A stretch of 64,000 nt of DNA, from positions 84,816,001 through 84,880,000 of the forward strand of contig OX597823.1 in the NCBI GenBank assembly GCA_951406725.2, read 5' to 3'. The notes under the pieces are model-generated. The model did not search any database. It was not told the origin of the DNA and worked only from the letters and a program-made list of their open reading frames with translations. How positions within the stretch are numbered: the first letter of the stretch is position 1; every line of letters starts with the position of its first letter. The stretch is from Octopus vulgaris. Taxonomy: Eukaryota. Of the stretch, positions 56,966 to 64,000 are shown in pieces. The position numbers and the translations under genes were made by a program.

Positions 56966-57390
56966 AGGATGATTTATGATTCAGTTCGACCATGAGATAG
57001 AGAATAGGAAGCCAAACATAGTCTTAACTGAGAAAGAAAACAAACTATGCTGGATCATAGATATAGCATGCTCAGCTGATAACAAGGTATGCGATAAGGA
57101 AGAAAGAAAAGTTGATAGATATGAGAGGTTAGCAGTTGTGGTCGATAAAAAAGGTAGCAGTAGTGCCAGTAATTATCGGAGCCCTGGGAAAGTTAGCAAA
57201 AATCTCGAGAAGTACGTGGAAAAAATACGGGATGCAATAAGGGTGGAGCACTTGCAGAAAACAGCACTACTTGGAACCGCTCGAATACTCCGGAAGGTGC
57301 TCGAAAAATAAGAGGTGTTACCTTAGTTCACTGGTAGTAAACAGCTGACACTGTAGTACATCTCCAGCGTTAGAAGCTGTGCAGAAGCAA
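56966..57390 (+). mobile_element. R4/Dong-type non-LTR retrotransposon 3' end (restriction-like endonuclease) with (AAT)n flank
   Basis: DHEIENRKPNIVL...WIIDIAC..D..V..KE..K..RY..L; VPVIIGALG (frameshifted); LQKTALLGTARILRKVL*. Confidence 0.85.
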
Positions 57391-57532
57391 TGATAATAAT
57401 GATAATAATAACAGCAACAACAACAACAATAACAACAAAAACAACAACAACAACAATAATAATAATAATGAGGATAATGATAAAATCGGAAAATACCTTA
57501 GGAACGAGAACCCAGGTTCGAAATTTCCCCAA

Positions 57533-57578
57533 GACACTTAATGAACGCTGGAGGATATATCAGCCGAAACATTGTGTT
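57533..57578 (+). ncRNA. Decayed minimal hammerhead-like motif
   Basis: gacac-UUAAUGA-a-cgctgg..tcagcc-GAAA-ca-UU-gtgtt; stem I intact, core mutated. Confidence 0.4.
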
Positions 57579-57791
57579 AACAACAAACAAGATGAGGACA
57601 AATATCCGTCAAATGTAAATAATATAAGCAATGTACATAATTCCTCATCTCTTAAATATAGATCTGTATTATCCGGTGAATAACTTTCTTTAGGCGATGT
57701 GTGCCACTAAGTCCCCTTATATGAATGAATCGCAAATTTTGAAGTTATAAATATGTATGTATGCATTGCTACGTACGTTTCCAGAAAGCAC

Positions 57792-57882
<91 letters not shown>

Positions 57883-58088
57883 AATATAGAAAGATTAAAG
57901 GCCCTCCCCAGTCATTGGCTCCTAAGACCGGTTTCCGGATTTGGTGGTGTATGTTTTCCCCTCCCTGAACGGGCGACGTTCTCTTTCAGGATTATTCGCT
58001 TCTGCTAGCTGACTGGATTGGGGCAACGTCAAATGAAATATTCTGTTCAAGAGCATAACGCATGACCCACTCCAGGAATTGAAATCCC

Positions 58089-58173
58089 ATTCCTATATTC
58101 ATGAGTAATACACCCTATATTCCTATATTCATGAGTAATACACCCTATATTCCTATATTCATGAGTAATACAC
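58089..58173. repeat. 30 bp tandem repeat, about 2.8 copies
   Basis: attcctatattcatgagtaatacaccctat repeated. Confidence 0.92.
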
Positions 58174-58251
58174 TCGAGGCAATAAACCACGTACCGCCAC
58201 AGTATATGAAAGGAGGTGTGTTAGTTTGACGTTCAGGAAGAATGGAAAAGA

Positions 58252-58287
58252 CTTTAATGCTTCGAACCTATGCTCTTCGACAGAAGG
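58252..58287 (-). ncRNA. Decayed minimal hammerhead-like motif related to 44739-44772
   Basis: ctt-CUGUCGA-a-gagc atag gttc-GAAG-ca-UU-aaag. Confidence 0.35.
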
Positions 58288-58389
58288 ATCTGGGAGAAAA
58301 AAAGGAGAGAGAATGAAAAAACAAAACGGAAACAAAAATGTATAGGGATTAACAGTGTATGTATGTATGTATGTATGTATGTATGTATG

Positions 58390-58456
<67 letters not shown>

Positions 58457-59065
58457 GTATTTATCTATCTATATGCGTGTGTATGTAAATCTATATATTC
58501 ATAGACGCATACATACATACAAACACGCATGCACACACACACACACACACATATATATTTTTAATATATACTGTTAAATGAAATAAAACACACACTCACA
58601 CATGCACAACAGACACACACACACACATACACATTCACACACACACTGCACACAAACGTTAACCTCTCTTGTACAAGTGGAATATTACTTCATCCCTAAC
58701 AAACGTGAGATATTCATTCTTAATAATATAATTGCAAAATATTTTCGATGTACGATGAAAGAGAACCAAGATACGTTTGACAAATTCTCAGGTGTAAAAT
58801 CTGAGTCGTTTCTACTTCTGTGAGAAAGGTCGATGTTAGTAATTCTTCATTTGTTGGAATTTGATAAGTATTTCCAAAGACATCTTAAAATGTCGACGGC
58901 TTGTTGAAATATTCAACTTATTATTCTGTAGGAAAGAAGAAAGTGTGAAGAGGGCTAAATGACAGAGTAAGAGTCGTACAGAATTTAGATATACATATAT
59001 GTACTACATACCGAGACCAAAAGTGTACGTACATACCGGAGACCAAAAGTGTATTTTTTTGTACG

Positions 59066-59121
<56 letters not shown>

Positions 59122-59288
59122 CTAACATATATACGCATGCATAGTCTAATCATTGAGGTCTATTCCACTATTTGGTCGGCCCAAATAATAAGAAGACACT
59201 TGCCCAAATATCCTGTGGGACTGAACCCGTATCTGGTTCCTAAGCAAGCTACTTTTTTCATTAAATTTGTCATAAAGACAGTACTTAG

Positions 59289-59354
<66 letters not shown>

Positions 59355-59741
59355 AAATCAAAAAATGGAACAAGAACGTAACAGACGACAACAAAACATT
59401 CGGACAACAGGTGATACAAAAAAATACAGGAAAGAACGAGAAGAGGATATTCAATTATTATTTCAATAAATAGACCTCAATGATTAGACTTCCCAGTTCA
59501 ATAATTAGACTTCGCGTATGGATTGTTGTACGTTGTGGTCCATAAATACTCCTCAGACTATGAGAATAAGATCTCATATCGTTTATGTTCAAAGTTTCTT
59601 GCAAATCAACTTTTTCATGCCACCAGTTTTTCTTCCATTTCACAAAGCTTATATTTAGCTTTCATCTAAATTCGTAGTTCTTAATTGGGGTCCATATGAT
59701 ACTTGGCGGTCCATGAATTTTGTTGCTAAAATTCATGCAGA

Positions 59742-60430
<689 letters not shown>

Positions 60431-60476
60431 ATATATATATATACTTTATTTAAAGCAGCAGAAAATTCAACAAAAT

Positions 60477-60514
60477 CTGTTACTCTGAGTTTCTCGTTGC
60501 CGTTCATCAGACAG
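60477..60514 (-). ncRNA. Minimal type I hammerhead ribozyme
   Basis: ctgt-CUGAUGA-acg gcaa cga-GAAA-ctcagag-UA-acag; canonical core, one mismatch at base of stem II, near-palindromic stem III. Confidence 0.68.
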
Positions 60515-60532
60515 TTTTTGTGTGTTTACTCC

Positions 60533-60611
<79 letters not shown>

Positions 60612-60615
<4 letters not shown>

Positions 60616-61130
60616 GATGGAACAAGAACGTAACAGGCGATAACAAAACATTCGGACAGTAGGTGATACAAAAAAAATGACAGGAAAAAAACAAGGACGG
60701 GACATTCGGAGCTTTCAATCTTCAGTCGAGAAGCAGATCATCTTTGCAGTTTCAGGCGGTCAATCTTGAAACTGCTCTAATCTGGTCGGCCCCAAGGAGA
60801 TCTCAGTTAAGAGCACTAGATTCCTTGGAAGAAAGCAAGCGAATGTATACGAAAACAAGGACGAAAAGAAAAAAGAAACGGAGAAATGGTACACAATTAC
60901 AAATACAAACAGCAGGACATTAACAACAGATGTCTATCGACTATGAACGAATTAAATTGAGCTGACGTGTGTGGATGTAAAGCCTTACGGCAGGAACATA
61001 AGAGGTGAAAGTCATGGGAAGAAGTACGAGAGATGTTGCACGGATGGTAGCCGAACCAAGAAAGAAAGGTCAGGTTTGGCCAAACACTGGTCAGGTGTAG
61101 GGAGAGGAGAGAGGTAGTGGATAAGTATCT
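60612..61130. mobile_element. Unclassified repeat family F
   Basis: atggaacaagaacgtaac...tcttcagtcgag...ctagattccttggaagaaagc...aaatacaaacagcaggaca. Confidence 0.7.
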
Positions 61131-61286
61131 CACGTACTGAAGAATTAGAAGAATTAGGTAGCGACAAGAAAGAGAGAAAAAGAAGGAAAGGGAGAGACTG
61201 AAGTACAGAAGGAGGGTAAGTGATGAGAATGAAGGGAGTGCCAAGAAATGTGATACGTATGTATATATATATATATATATATATAA

Positions 61287-61542
61287 GCGCAAGAGTGGCT
61301 ATGTGGTAAGAAGTTTGCTTCCCAACCACATGGTTCAGGATTCAGCCCCACTGCACCTTGGGCAAGTGTCCTCTACTATAGCCTCGGGCCGAACAAAGTC
61401 TTGTTAGTGGATTTGGTAGACAGAAACTGAAAGAAACCCATAATTTATATATGTGTATGTATATATATCACAGACACACAAACATACACACACATGCATA
61501 TACACATGCATACATACATACATACATACATACATACATACA

Positions 61543-61577
<35 letters not shown>

Positions 61578-61588
61578 GTATATATATA

Positions 61589-61634
<46 letters not shown>

Positions 61635-61765
61635 TTCTTTCAGTTTCCGTCTACCAATTCCACTCACAAGGCTTTGGTCGGCCCAAGGCTATAGAAGAAG
61701 ACTCTTGCCCAAAGTGCCACGCTGTGGGACTGAACCCGAAACCATGTGGTTCGTAAGCAAGCTAC
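61287..61765. mobile_element. Two SINE B 5' halves in inverted orientation around a microsatellite
   Basis: 61287-61440 (+) and 61632-61765 (-). Confidence 0.85.
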
Positions 61766-63547
61766 TTTATTTCATTAAATTTGTCATAAAGACAGTACAT
61801 AGATTAGGTAGCTTTGTGGGCTGGACAAGACATTAATGAAATGAATGATAATCATAGAAGGAAGGTAAGGATGGGAGAAGATAGAAATATCCCGCAGACC
61901 CTCTGCTTCTCTATAACATTTACTAGAGTAAACTTTCAAGAAACATATCGAACTATATCAAACATTAAAGAAAGAGACTTACCTGTTTACCACAATAAAT
62001 ACATCTATAGCAAGATCTTTTCCTGGACACTTAAAACCTATATATACCCGCGGTTGCGTTGCGTTTTCGCAACGCAAAACCTGCTCCTACTTGTTCGGAC
62101 ATTGAACTCATCGGGAAACATCTGACTGTGCATTTCGAAATGTTCAGTAGGTAGTCGATACCCCTTAGCTAACAATTGCATACTGTCCTACTCTTTCAGA
62201 TTGTGAAGGCTTAACATAACGCTTAATCTAAATACAGGGAAATTTTCGGACTTCATTTTTGTATGGACATATATGGATTAAAATACTATCGTGGGCCTCA
62301 TATTTACTATTTTTCGTGCATGGACCCCAGAAAAAATTGCATATGGACCCCGGTTAGGGAACACAGTAAATGGATTCAATAACAAATCAATCTCTTTTAA
62401 GATGGACAAAATTTCACAAACCCGATTGTATATTTTATTTCATAAATATGCATCATTTGTAGTAAATCTTTTGTTAAACATGTTACTTTCCAATTATAAT
62501 TATTATTCTAATAGAAAATATATTAAGAGTCATTTTATTTTACTACATATTTATCAAACATTGCTTCCCCCGTTCTTCTCTGTTCATATTTTGATAAGAA
62601 GTGAAATAATACACGTAATTAATTCTATGTAAAACGATGGAGCTATTTTCTGCAAAATTCCCTTTCATTTTTATTCTTATTTCTTTATTGAATTGAATAA
62701 AACAGAGCTATAAAGTCTCATTATATAACCACGAACTTCGTATTGGTTCAGTGTTTAATTATAAGAACTGGATTGTTTATTTCTCATCTTTTTATCTTAT
62801 TTTGCTGATGTGGTTTTTAATTTTTTTTTTTATTAATTAATTCCACATCCAGTGAATTGTGGTTTTCATAGAAGTTAAAAGGAACTGTAACCAGAAATCT
62901 AACCGGAAATAATTATAGGAGCGATGGGAAATGGTGGGATTGGAAGAGAGGTGGAAGGGAGAGGAAAGGAAAGGAAAGGAAATTTTGTTGTTGTAGCCTT
63001 GAGAAGACTTACCTATTAAAGTATAAAGTAAAAATGATAGTGGAAATATTAGTAGCAAAAAAGTATAGAAATGAGTTCGGTTTGTGAGAGTGAGAGAGAG
63101 GCAAGAAATGGAGAGATTAAGGGAAAGAGAAGGAAAAGTTAGAAAGGAAAAAGAAGGATTGAAATAAAGAAGAAGGGAGAGAAAATCAGAAAAAGTAAGA
63201 GAATAATGGAAAAAGATTCAGAAGAAGGCAAAAGGAAAAAAAGTGAAGATGAAGGTAAAAAGAGAAAGTTAGGGAAATTAGCAGAGAGAGAGAGAGAGAA
63301 GTAGAAGAAGAGAAAGTACAGCAGATAAAAGGAGAGAGTGCGCGAGAGAGAAAGAAAGAGGAGGAGAGAGAAATAAAATGCCATCAAGAAGATTGAGTTA
63401 TATATATATATATATACACACATACATTTGAGAATGGTATATGTATGTAAGTCTGTGCATATGGGTGCATTGCACAATCTTTATCTAATCTATTTATCGC
63501 CCCCTCTGTTTGTGTGTGTATGTATACATACATGCGCGCACACACAT

Positions 63548-63595
<48 letters not shown>

Positions 63596-63717
63596 TATAT
63601 ATATATATTTATTTATTTATTTATTTATTTAATTATATATTTATATATATGCGCATCCATACAATTATTAACGTATGCAGATACATCTCTATGTGTTTGT
63701 TTGTGTACCTGTGTGTA

Positions 63718-63753
<36 letters not shown>

Positions 63754-64000
63754 TGTGTTGCGTGCATGCGTGTGTAGATCTGTGTGTGTACATCTGAAGA
63801 AGGCAGGAAAGAGGAAACGACAAATAAGAAGACATAATCAACATATGGGAATCTGCAGTTTTCTATATTCTTAATGAGAAATAAGAGAACGGAAGAAATA
63901 CAATGATGAGGAAAGAAACAGAAGAGGACAACTATGAAAAGTGGAAGATATATTAGAAGTAATTTGCAATGATTTATCAACTAAAATATTATATTGGTTT

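Noticed and set aside
58089-58173. 30 bp repeats as a CRISPR array
   Set aside because: Head-to-tail with no spacers; eukaryotic context

Overview
Repeat-saturated, AT-rich eukaryotic DNA, most likely intergenic or intronic sequence from a coleoid cephalopod (Octopus-like, inferred from the tRNA-derived SINE families and the extreme microsatellite load). No host protein-coding exon could be supported; almost all listed ORFs are translations of simple repeats. Recognisable content: at least four tRNA-headed SINE families (many copies, some nested, tandem or inverted), a full-length but decayed DD34D mariner with TIRs and TA duplication (39007-40286), 3' fragments of two restriction-like-endonuclease (R4/Dong-type) and two CR1-type non-LTR retrotransposons, a non-autonomous Helitron-type element and some MITE ends. 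The most striking signal is a set of type I hammerhead ribozyme (HHR) motifs read by eye: four with well-preserved cores (at three loci) and about eight variant or decayed. They have the minimal, palindromic stem III typical of Penelope-like elements, belong to several unrelated short non-coding families, mostly sit in or beside (TA)n tracts, and are often built into long fold-back palindromes carrying a ribozyme on each strand. Coordinates were read by eye and repeat boundaries may be off by a few bases.
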